Source of the DNA: an uncultured Candidatus Saccharibacteria bacterium
GTDB taxonomy: Bacteria > Patescibacteriota > Doudnabacteria > UBA920
Assembly: GCA_964348935.1 (NCBI GenBank)
Contig: CAYGEJ010000002.1
Coordinates: 3,540 to 67,539 of the forward strand
Length of the DNA stretch: 64,000 nucleotides
Direction: 5' to 3'
The notes under the pieces are model-generated. The model was given only the letters and a program-made list of their open reading frames with translations. It was not told where the DNA came from and searched no databases. A program made the position numbers and the translations under genes. Shown piece after piece: positions 56,254-64,000 of the stretch; position 1 is the first letter of the stretch, and each line of letters starts with the position of its first letter.

Positions 56254-57335
56254 GCAAAGATTACTTGGCTAAACCGTCCAATCTAGATACGCATTACAAA
56301 GCACTTTCTTTGCGTTACCAAAATGCCCCATTTAGAGTTTGTGGAAAGAGTGGTTTAAAGCTTCCTCCTCTCTCACTTGGCTTATGGCAAAATTTTAGTG
56401 ACGTTGATCCATACTATAATTCCCGGGAAATGATTCTTGGTAGTTTTGATTTAGGTATTACGCATTTTGATTTGGGTAACAACTACGGCAAACCACCTGG
56501 CTCCGCTGAAAAAACCTTAGGAAGAATTCTAAAAGAAGACTTAGGTAGATATAGAGACGAATTAATAATTTCCACTAAAGCCGGTTACGATATGTGGCAA
56601 GGACCATACGGAGAAAATGGTTCTAAAAAGCATATTATGGCAAGTATAGACCAAAGCCTTACTAGACTTGGACTTGATTACGTAGATATTTTTTACTCTC
56701 ATAAATTTGACAAAAACACACCACTTGAAGAAACTATGGAAGCATTGGCTCAGATTATAAAAACAGGTAAAGCACTTTATGTTGGAATTTCCTCATATGG
56801 ACCCGAGGAAACTAAACAGGCTTTTAAAATTTTAAACTCCTTTGGAGTCAGAAATATAATTGCCCATCAAGCCTCTTATTCCCTACTAAACCGCTGGGTG
56901 GAAGAAGGACTTCTAGAAACTTTAGAAGAATTAGGAATTGGCTGCGTGGCCTTTAGCTCTTTAGCCCAAGGGTTATTAAGCAACAAGTATACTAGTGGAA
57001 TTATTCCTGAAGTTTCCAGAATGTCTAACAAAGAAACTTTACTAGAGAAAAAAATATTAAACCCCGAAGTCTTAACCGCCTTAAATGGACTGGCAAAAAT
57101 AGCGAAAAACCGTAACCAAACTCTGTCTCAAATGGCCTTGGCTTGGGTGTTAAGAAACAAGGTTGTAAGCTCAACTGTAATTGGAGCTAGGAGTCTAGAA
57201 CAAATCAAAGAAAATTTGGGCAGTTTAAATAATTTAAGTTTTTCCGAAGCGGAACTAAACCAAATAGACCAATTTGCAAAAAACATTCCCGGAGTAAACC
57301 TCTGGCCACCCAACTGCCAAACATCCGAAGTGTAA
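56250..57335 (+). CDS. Aldo/keto reductase (Tas/YghZ-like)
   Basis: The AKR catalytic tetrad context (D..Y..K..H) within LGITHFDLGNNYG...; 361 aa. Confidence 0.85.
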   Translation: MSKDYLAKPSNLDTHYKALSLRYQNAPFRVCGKSGLKLPPLSLGLWQNFSDVDPYYNSREMILGSFDLGITHFDLGNNYGKPPGSAEKTLGRILKEDLGRYRDELIISTKAGYDMWQGPYGENGSKKHIMASIDQSLTRLGLDYVDIFYSHKFDKNTPLEETMEALAQIIKTGKALYVGISSYGPEETKQAFKILNSFGVRNIIAHQASYSLLNRWVEEGLLETLEELGIGCVAFSSLAQGLLSNKYTSGIIPEVSRMSNKETLLEKKILNPEVLTALNGLAKIAKNRNQTLSQMALAWVLRNKVVSSTVIGARSLEQIKENLGSLNNLSFSEAELNQIDQFAKNIPGVNLWPPNCQTSEV

Positions 57336-57342
57336 ACATTTT

Positions 57343-57380
57343 AAAAAACTTGTCCCAGTATATATTGGGGCAAGTTTTTT
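57343..57380 (+). terminator. Rho-independent terminator
   Basis: aaaaaacttgtccc...ggggcaagtttttt. Confidence 0.55.
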
Positions 57381-57482
57381 AGTATTGACCCAAGCCTAAT
57401 TTTAAGCTAAAATAATCAATCGTGGTCAAAGAACTTTTGCAGTAGATACCACGAAAGCCGTTACAACAAAACGGGAGGAACA

Positions 57483-58385
57483 ATGATCAAGACATCTGAA
57501 GTTAAAAAAATGCTGTCAGCAGTTCTTGCTTCGATGACTGTTTTGCGGGCTTACCAGCTCGGGGAACGGATCCTACCAGCAGAAGGAAGCGACATCAAAC
57601 CACTTGACCAGAGCCTATTAAGCCGGGCAGATCGTGAGAGTGGCGAGGTGGCAATGAAAATTTTGTCCAAACTCCCTCTCAAGTACGACATCAAACCCGA
57701 AGACACCAAAGGCCGAACAACTCCAGGCGCTCAGAATGTGGTGATGTATGACAATGCGGACGGCACTCGCCCGCTAGTCAACGGACTCAAAACCTCCACA
57801 GTCATTTTGGCCGTCTACGACCTCAAGAAAAAAAAGGTCGTATTTGTAATTATTGGCGAACCCATTTCCGGAGACATTTGGTATGGTGGAGACTCTACAC
57901 CACCAATGCGGTGCAATAAGTATAAAAGAGGTGATAAGCCAAAACCCATTCAGGTCAACCAACATCCTCTCGACGGCCAAGCTACGGTGTTCATTGACTA
58001 TGTCAACAAGATTGGCTTTGCCCGCAAAACCAAAGACGGATCGAGGCAGATCTTTAACGGCGAAGAAAGCAAGGAAATCTGGAATACCGTATACGATCTT
58101 GGTGTCAACATCCTTATGCCCGGTTCCAACGGCCAGCACCAAGCAATGGTTGCCAATGGAGGTGAAAAGACAGTCGCCGGCTTAACCCTTGCAATGGGTG
58201 GTCCTTGGGACGCTGCCGGAGTCTTCCTGGTTATTCTTGCAGGTGGCTACGCCCGGGCCTTCAAACGATCTGAGAATGGTTTTAGCGAGCAGGATCCGCT
58301 GGACCCCACGAGCTACGATATTGCCGTCTACGGCAACTGCAAAGAAGCGGTGGACAAATTCTGTTCCGCTTGTCGATTTGCATAA
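57483..58385 (+). CDS. GC-rich (apparently acquired) inositol-monophosphatase/FIG-superfamily phosphatase-like protein
   Basis: DNADGTRPLVNG matches the IMPase DPIDGT motif and GGPWDAAGVFLVILAGG matches WDxAAG. GC content is far above the flanks. Own SD GGGAGGA. Confidence 0.65.
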   Translation: MIKTSEVKKMLSAVLASMTVLRAYQLGERILPAEGSDIKPLDQSLLSRADRESGEVAMKILSKLPLKYDIKPEDTKGRTTPGAQNVVMYDNADGTRPLVNGLKTSTVILAVYDLKKKKVVFVIIGEPISGDIWYGGDSTPPMRCNKYKRGDKPKPIQVNQHPLDGQATVFIDYVNKIGFARKTKDGSRQIFNGEESKEIWNTVYDLGVNILMPGSNGQHQAMVANGGEKTVAGLTLAMGGPWDAAGVFLVILAGGYARAFKRSENGFSEQDPLDPTSYDIAVYGNCKEAVDKFCSACRFA

Positions 58386-58393
58386 CACAACCC

Positions 58394-58448
58394 GAACAGG
58401 TAAATCTGAGCGCTAAAGACGCCAGAGATACCTGTTCTTATTTTTTTT
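58394..58448. terminator. Bidirectional terminator between convergent genes
   Basis: gaacaggta ... tacctgttc followed by tta-TTTTTTTT. Confidence 0.4.
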
Positions 58449-59748
58449 GTTTCTTATTTAAAACAACAGCAATACCCTTTTTTATATCTCGTTCAAAAGC
58501 ATCTAAAGTAAATTTACTAAAACATACTTCAACAGATTTTTTTGCTCTCTCGGAAAGCCATTGCCCTGACTGGGTAGAGACAAACTTTACAGCTTGTTTA
58601 ACATTCTCTAAATTAATTTCTGAAATTACATAGGCACCATCTTCTTCTGGCATATTACAGCCGGTACTGACCACTGGAATTAAACCATACTGTACACAGT
58701 CCAATACCCCACCGGGAATACTTTCAGAAACCGAAGGCTGAATAATAAACCCGCACTTTTCTATAATATCATAAAACTTTTTTGAACGTTGTTTTAAGTA
58801 ACCTATTTCATGAATATTTTTTTGTTCGTCTAACTTTAACGTCTGACGAATGAGTGGATGCACCTCACAGCACAAATACAAATGGTTTTCGGTTCCAATA
58901 AAACTTTCTATTACTAAATCTAAACCTTTTCTTATATTGTCTCGCCCACCACCAAAAAATAAAAAATGTTTTTTTGCTTTTTCAAGTGCTTCGGGACTTA
59001 AATCTTTTTTATACTTAGTGTCTAAACAAATACCTGTTGTGGTATTGAAATCTGGAACAAAAGGCTGCACAAAAGACTTAGACATTAAATCTCCTATTAC
59101 TAACATTCCATCTGCTTTTTTAATACAAGCATCCTCTCTTTCAGCCTCCGCCTGAGTTTTCATAAAATAATTTAAGTCTTTTTCAGGAAGTTCTACTCCA
59201 TGTCGCTGCTTAAAAGCTAAAAGTCTTTCATTAACTCCTTTATCTACCACTCGCCAATAGGCTACAACTGCAAAAAATATATATAAAGTTTCTTTGGTTA
59301 AATACTTTTGCAGACTTTCGTAATTATAAAAACCTGGAGCAAATATTAAATCGTATTTTTCTTTAGTTTGATAATCACAGTTATCGAGTTTAATTGCATC
59401 TACAACATAACCCATTTCATTTAAAGCCTTGGCTAAACTTAAAATTACTCCGTTATTACTAAAATAATATTTTAGGTTTCCAATATAATACTCCTTATAA
59501 AAAGGACCTATCATATAATTTAGTAAAGCTCTTTTTGGATTTTTAATACCTTTTGGTAAATACTTATCATAACCTATTATTACGTTGTAGTTACCATTAA
59601 AAATATAACTCTTGGCCACATAATATAGAGCTGTGATACCACCAATAAGTTTATTTACTAAAATATTAATACTTTCAACAATGGTTAAATCTGCAGATTT
59701 GAATAACCATGCGAGTCTTCCCCACTTTCCTAAAAATTTATCAGCCAT
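58438..59748 (-). CDS. Putative GT-B (GT4-like) glycosyltransferase
   Basis: C-terminal SESIPGGVLDCVQYGLIPVVS resembles the GT4 E..G...E....G.P.V motif. Confidence 0.45.
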   Translation of the reverse strand: MADKFLGKWGRLAWLFKSADLTIVESINILVNKLIGGITALYYVAKSYIFNGNYNVIIGYDKYLPKGIKNPKRALLNYMIGPFYKEYYIGNLKYYFSNNGVILSLAKALNEMGYVVDAIKLDNCDYQTKEKYDLIFAPGFYNYESLQKYLTKETLYIFFAVVAYWRVVDKGVNERLLAFKQRHGVELPEKDLNYFMKTQAEAEREDACIKKADGMLVIGDLMSKSFVQPFVPDFNTTTGICLDTKYKKDLSPEALEKAKKHFLFFGGGRDNIRKGLDLVIESFIGTENHLYLCCEVHPLIRQTLKLDEQKNIHEIGYLKQRSKKFYDIIEKCGFIIQPSVSESIPGGVLDCVQYGLIPVVSTGCNMPEEDGAYVISEINLENVKQAVKFVSTQSGQWLSERAKKSVEVCFSKFTLDAFERDIKKGIAVVLNKKQKK

Positions 59749-59824
59749 AGAATATAATTAATACGTTTTTGATAAGGGCTTTTCGGCTCGTTGCCAACTA
59801 AAGTTGGCAGACTAACCAACATCG

Positions 59825-61036
59825 CTAATAAAAACCGAGCTTGCTACGAATTTTATTAGCGAATGGAATTAAGCCAAACTTATTTAAAATAGGATACAAC
59901 ACCAACAAAATTCTTTTCAACCTAAACTTTAATGTTTGTAAATTTAAGCCTTGATTTTTTAAAGAATAAGGATTATAAACAATTTCTAAATTTCTTTTTC
60001 TTGCCTGCTCTAATTTTTTAACATCTACCGCTTTGTTAATATCAATTTCTTTAATTCTACTTTTCCAAAATAAAGGAATATCTTGAAGACCGATTTTTAA
60101 ATCGGTTCCATTTTCAGGATCTCTAAAACTATATTTTTCAGCTTGTGGATTAATATTTACCCAACCCTCCCTATTTTTCTCGTAACCATAGGCAATACGA
60201 ATATTATTTTCAAAAAAACCCGGAGGTACAAATAACGAAGGGACTTGGTCAAGTCTAATTTCTAATTTTCCACCTAGTGTGTGCTCGTAACTGTCATAAT
60301 GCGCAGCTAACTGATTTTTTGGAATTATTAATACTTCATCAATAACTTTAACTTTACCTGCGACATCTTCCGCCCGTGCAATTCTCTGCTCCCCAAACTC
60401 CACCGAATTAAACCAAATATAAAACAAGTCTTTACTTACCACTACACAAGAATTAAATTCACCTCTGGGTTCTAATGCTATAATTGCGTCTTCGTCTTCA
60501 TGCAGTACTGTTGTCTCTTTGCAAAAATGATCAAATATTATACTCTTGGGATTCGTTACGTTTATATACTCACTAAAATGAGAGTATGCAATAGCTACAT
60601 TTTTATAAGTCTTGTGTAATTCAATTGCCTTTTTTTCAAGTTTTTTAAAATATTCAATCTGTTCTTCATTACTTAAAAGCAAAGGGTGATCATTATTTGG
60701 CGCATAGAATATAAATTCGTCTGCCATCTTGTCCAGTATTTCAATAGACTTTCTGTATTCTGCCTGTGTTGCGCTACGATTTCCAATAATAATAGCTTTT
60801 GGAAAAAGACTTCTAGCATAACTTTCAAATTCTACAGCCTCTTTGCTGTCGTCTAACTGATACTTTATTAATACATTACTCCAAGGAAATATTGCATAAC
60901 TTGCAAGACTATACTTGGAAATATTAAATCTGGTATTAAATGAATAAATTTTATTTTTTGATCTAAAATTATCTTTAACAGGCTTTGGCCTACCAAAAGG
61001 AATATCCGTTATATAACAATCAAAATATAAAATCAT
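59825..61036 (-). CDS. Hypothetical soluble protein of the glycan locus
   Basis: 403 aa with native codon usage; no motif recognised. Confidence 0.35.
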   Translation of the reverse strand: MILYFDCYITDIPFGRPKPVKDNFRSKNKIYSFNTRFNISKYSLASYAIFPWSNVLIKYQLDDSKEAVEFESYARSLFPKAIIIGNRSATQAEYRKSIEILDKMADEFIFYAPNNDHPLLLSNEEQIEYFKKLEKKAIELHKTYKNVAIAYSHFSEYINVTNPKSIIFDHFCKETTVLHEDEDAIIALEPRGEFNSCVVVSKDLFYIWFNSVEFGEQRIARAEDVAGKVKVIDEVLIIPKNQLAAHYDSYEHTLGGKLEIRLDQVPSLFVPPGFFENNIRIAYGYEKNREGWVNINPQAEKYSFRDPENGTDLKIGLQDIPLFWKSRIKEIDINKAVDVKKLEQARKRNLEIVYNPYSLKNQGLNLQTLKFRLKRILLVLYPILNKFGLIPFANKIRSKLGFY

Positions 61037-61038
61037 AT

Positions 61039-61941
61039 CTAAAAATACCTTCTTAATTTATTGAAAACCCTTTGTATTAACCAAAACGGGTATCGCACAA
61101 CTGCATAAATTATATAAATCCGATTTTTATAATATTTTTTATAATTTGGCATTAATTTATTTATGGAATACCAAATACCTTCTGTTAAAACTTCCTCAAT
61201 GCGATATTTCTGAGCTCTGGTGTAATACCAAAAATCCAATTTGTGTAATGCTCCAAAACGCAATTCTATAGCAGTACGCTCAATTGGTTGCCAGGGAGTC
61301 TTGCCAGTAGAAAGACCCAACCCTTCGTCCAAATAATAACCCAATAGACCTTGCGTCTTAAGTCCCACGCTTTCCACTGCTAACCTCGAAGCATAGTCAA
61401 AATCCGAACCACTTTTAAATTGTTCGTCCCAATAACCTATTCTTTCACATAAATTTTTCCTCCACATATAAAAAGGACCTAAATGCATGCTATAAATAAA
61501 CTCTCTTTGTTCATATTCCGGCTCGGTAATTAACCTACCAGTTTGACCCTGCCATTTATTAACAATAATGTAGTCGCCATAGGTAAATCCAACATTTGGA
61601 TTTGTATCCAACGTTTTGAACATTAACTCCAAAGAATTTGGAGTTCGAAGGTCATCTATATTCCATACACAAACATATTCCCCACTCGATATTTTTATTG
61701 CCCGATTTACAGACACAGCAAAAGGCTCACGAGTGACTATAATATGTTTAAACAGACTCGGGTATTGATTTTGATATTTTTTTACAATTTCTAACTCTTG
61801 TGAGGTGGGATTGTTATGCACTAAAACTATTTCAATCCTATCTACAATAGTTTGCTCTGTACAATTTTCCAGAAAGGCTGGAAGATACTTACTACCGTTA
61901 AAACAAGATACAATAGCACTCACTTTTATTTGCTCATTCAT
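61039..61941 (-). CDS. Family 2 glycosyltransferase
   Basis: VSAIVSCFNGSKYL...VLVHNN...IDDL. Confidence 0.7.
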   Translation of the reverse strand: MNEQIKVSAIVSCFNGSKYLPAFLENCTEQTIVDRIEIVLVHNNPTSQELEIVKKYQNQYPSLFKHIIVTREPFAVSVNRAIKISSGEYVCVWNIDDLRTPNSLELMFKTLDTNPNVGFTYGDYIIVNKWQGQTGRLITEPEYEQREFIYSMHLGPFYMWRKNLCERIGYWDEQFKSGSDFDYASRLAVESVGLKTQGLLGYYLDEGLGLSTGKTPWQPIERTAIELRFGALHKLDFWYYTRAQKYRIEEVLTEGIWYSINKLMPNYKKYYKNRIYIIYAVVRYPFWLIQRVFNKLRRYF

Positions 61942-62085
61942 CTACTAATAATAACATAAAATATAACCTTATTTAAACACTAAGTAATTTGAACCCCAAA
62001 CTCATAGAACCCCCTTTATTATTGCGTTAATGTTATAAATTGTTTATACTTCTTAAGTAATTAAAGCATAATTCTACATAAAAAT

Positions 62086-63015
62086 ATGAATATTCTTGTT
62101 ACCGGTGGGTCCGGCTATATTGGATCACTCCTAGTCCCTGAACTTATAAAAAATGGTCATTTCGTCAGAGTACTAGACAGTCTAGTTTTCGGACAAACCA
62201 GTCTTCTGCCATATTTTATAGACAAAAATTTTGAACTTATCAAAGGCGATGTTCGGGATGTGGACACCGTAAAAAAATCCCTAGAAGGAATAAATGTCAT
62301 AATCCACTTAGCGGCTATAGTCGGCGCACCGGCCTGCAAAAAATTCCCCCAGCTTGCTGAAGAAGTAAATTTCGTTGGTACTAAAAATATCAACGATCTC
62401 AGAAGCGAATCGCAAAAAATGTTTTACGCTTCTACTGGTAGTGTCTATGGAAAAGTTGACGGTGTATGTACTGAAGATTTGGAAGCTAAACCACTTTCTA
62501 TTTATGGCACTACCAAACTTAGAGCAGAACAGGAAGTAATGAAAAAAGGTAACTCTATTGCCTACCGTTTTGCCACTGCCTTCGGTCTCTCCTCAAGGCT
62601 CAGGCTCGATTTACTTCCAAACGACTTTGTTTTCAACGCTTTAAAAAATAGACATCTAGTAATGTATGACAAAAATTTTAAAAGAACTTTTGTCCACGTT
62701 AAAGATATAGTCAGGGCTTACCTATTCGGGATAGACAATTTTGAAGCAATGAAAAATGAAGTTTATAATGTCGGTTCGGAAAAAATGAATGAAACCAAAG
62801 AAGGAATAGCCTTGCTTATAAAAAAACAAGTTAATTTTGAATTATACTTTGCTGACAAAGGCATACCAGATCCAGACTTGAGAGACTATGAAGTATCTTA
62901 CAAAAAAATTAGAGAAAAAGGGTTTGAAACCGCCGTTAGTTTTGAAGAAGGTATTGAAGAACTAGTGAAGGGTCTGCAGACTGTAAATATTAATAATCCG
63001 TTTGCGAACATATAA
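62086..63015 (+). CDS. NAD-dependent nucleotide-sugar epimerase/dehydratase
   Basis: ILVTGGSGYIGSLLVPEL; YxxxK in YGTTKLRAE. Confidence 0.85.
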   Translation: MNILVTGGSGYIGSLLVPELIKNGHFVRVLDSLVFGQTSLLPYFIDKNFELIKGDVRDVDTVKKSLEGINVIIHLAAIVGAPACKKFPQLAEEVNFVGTKNINDLRSESQKMFYASTGSVYGKVDGVCTEDLEAKPLSIYGTTKLRAEQEVMKKGNSIAYRFATAFGLSSRLRLDLLPNDFVFNALKNRHLVMYDKNFKRTFVHVKDIVRAYLFGIDNFEAMKNEVYNVGSEKMNETKEGIALLIKKQVNFELYFADKGIPDPDLRDYEVSYKKIREKGFETAVSFEEGIEELVKGLQTVNINNPFANI

Positions 63016-63048
63016 ATATACAAGTTGCGGATGATTTTAAATTCATAA

Positions 63049-63984
63049 ATGGAACAAAATAAACTAAAAATTTTAATTCTTGGGCAAGGATTTATTGGTA
63101 AAAATTTGTACCAAGCTTTACAAAGTAAAGATTATGAATTGCTTACAAAATCCAAGCGAGACGGTTTGGATTTATTAGACTTTAATAGCACCCAAGAATA
63201 CCTAAAACAACTAGCCCCAAATTATATTTTTAATTGTGCGGCGCACACCGGTAGCCTGCATTACGTTACCACTTACTCCGCAGATGTGCTAAACGATAAT
63301 ATTCAAATGTCTTTGAATATTTATAAAGCGGTAAAGGAGTCCTGTCCAAAAGCCGTTATTATCAACCCCCTGTCCAACTGTTCCTATCCAGGTAGTAGCG
63401 ATTTTCAAACAGAATCAGAATGGTGGAACGGACCCGTTCACGACTCGGTATTCTCCTATGGAAATGCCAAACGTTTTTTATACACCCTGTCCAAATGCTA
63501 CGCGAAACAATATTCTATAAATAGTGTTAATTTTTTAGTACCAAATACTTTTGGTCCGGGTGATTCCGTTGATCCAAACAAAACCCATGCTTTAAATGGA
63601 ATGATAATCCGTATGATTAAAGCTCAACAAAATAACGATCCCGAATTTGAAATTTGGGGAACAGGAAGTCCAATCCGTGAATGGGCATATGTGGACGACG
63701 TTATTGGCGTCCTAATCAAAAGTATAGGACTTGAAAATAATTTAATCGAACCCACTAATATTGGTCAAAACAGGGGCTATACAATTAAAGAATCAGCTGA
63801 ATTTATTGCAGAAGCTCTTAATTTTAAAGGAAAGCTCGTCTTTAATACAAAATATCAAGATGGGGCTCCTAAAAAAATATTGGATAACAAAAAGTTTTTA
63901 GAAATATTTCCTAATTTTGAATTCTTTAATCATAAACAAGGAATTAAGGAAACCGTTAACTACTATAAATCTATTTTAACTTAA
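63049..63984 (+). CDS. GDP-L-fucose synthase-like 3,5-epimerase/4-reductase (Fcl/WcaG family)
   Basis: Blocks that align with Fcl: ILILGQGFIGKNL, NCAAHTGS, TNTFGPGD, WGTGSPIREW, DGAPKKILDNKK. Confidence 0.8.
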   Translation: MEQNKLKILILGQGFIGKNLYQALQSKDYELLTKSKRDGLDLLDFNSTQEYLKQLAPNYIFNCAAHTGSLHYVTTYSADVLNDNIQMSLNIYKAVKESCPKAVIINPLSNCSYPGSSDFQTESEWWNGPVHDSVFSYGNAKRFLYTLSKCYAKQYSINSVNFLVPNTFGPGDSVDPNKTHALNGMIIRMIKAQQNNDPEFEIWGTGSPIREWAYVDDVIGVLIKSIGLENNLIEPTNIGQNRGYTIKESAEFIAEALNFKGKLVFNTKYQDGAPKKILDNKKFLEIFPNFEFFNHKQGIKETVNYYKSILT

Positions 63985-64000
63985 TACCCCTTCCCACTTT

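Noticed and set aside
57774-58416. Four alternative-frame ORFs (57774..58142-, 57853..58185+, 58182..58388-, 58189..58416+)
   Set aside because: They overlap the GC-rich IMPase-like gene in other frames or on the other strand, with no independent signals.
1-64000. CRISPR arrays, rRNA genes, IS elements or transposases
   Set aside because: No regularly spaced direct repeats, no rRNA-like conserved stretches and no DDE or serine transposase-like ORFs were seen. The only recombinase is the Xer-like gene at the window start.

Overview
This is an AT-rich (about 30% GC by eye) bacterial chromosomal segment with short intergenic spacers and many overlapping start/stop codons. It is compatible with a small-genome, low-GC lineage, possibly Patescibacteria/CPR-like, but that is inference from compactness and gene content only.

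Gene content by region:
- 1-4.2 kb: a 5'-truncated XerC/D-type tyrosine recombinase followed by two tRNA-Arg genes, then membrane and secreted proteins, a pseudouridine synthase and a C39-like peptidase.
- 4.2-9.3 kb: a three-His-box fatty-acid desaturase, an MsbA-like ABC exporter, CorA, a DUF360/holin-like protein and a GT2.
- 9.3-14.3 kb: a Thr/Pro-rich micro-ORF, tRNA-His, and a damage-repair cluster (MsrB, AlkA-like glycosylase, TrmH/SpoU, DedA, MsrA, ATL alkyltransferase-like protein, YgjP/DUF45).
- 14.3-17.0 kb: secreted proteins of unknown function, one apparently frameshifted.
- 17.4-19.3 kb: a bshB-like (PIG-L deacetylase) and bshA-like (GT4) pair.
- 19.4-19.7 kb: a short GC-rich island encoding a uORF-coupled 57-aa membrane protein.
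- 19.7-22.8 kb: an oxidative pentose-phosphate operon (zwf, gnd-like, unknown).
- 22.8-28.7 kb: an AI-2E transporter, BipA/TypA, a cupredoxin lipoprotein, a helical-repeat secreted protein, a holA-like gene, and convergent tRNA-Lys/tRNA-Arg.
- 28.8-34.3 kb: a type IV pilus assembly operon (pilB-pilC-pilM-pilN-pilO plus a small ORF).
- 34.5-64 kb: a roughly 30-kb surface-glycan locus. It includes a priming sugar transferase, several GT2 and GT-B glycosyltransferases, an acyltransferase_3, an FkbM methyltransferase, a Wzx-like flippase, a complete GDP-D-glycero-alpha-D-manno-heptose pathway (GmhA, HddA-like kinase, GmhB, HddC-like NTP-transferase), a 4,6-dehydratase-like enzyme, an Fcl-like epimerase/reductase, an Ugd-like dehydrogenase, Gfo/Idh/MocA, SDR and DegT proteins, and a nucleotidyltransferase/kinase/DHQS-like cyclase/aldo-keto reductase/IMPase-like module.

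Two genes in the glycan locus (Nudix-like at 50.2 kb, IMPase-like at 57.5 kb) and the small gene at 19.4 kb sit in sharply GC-richer islands. No CRISPR, rRNA or transposase was seen.
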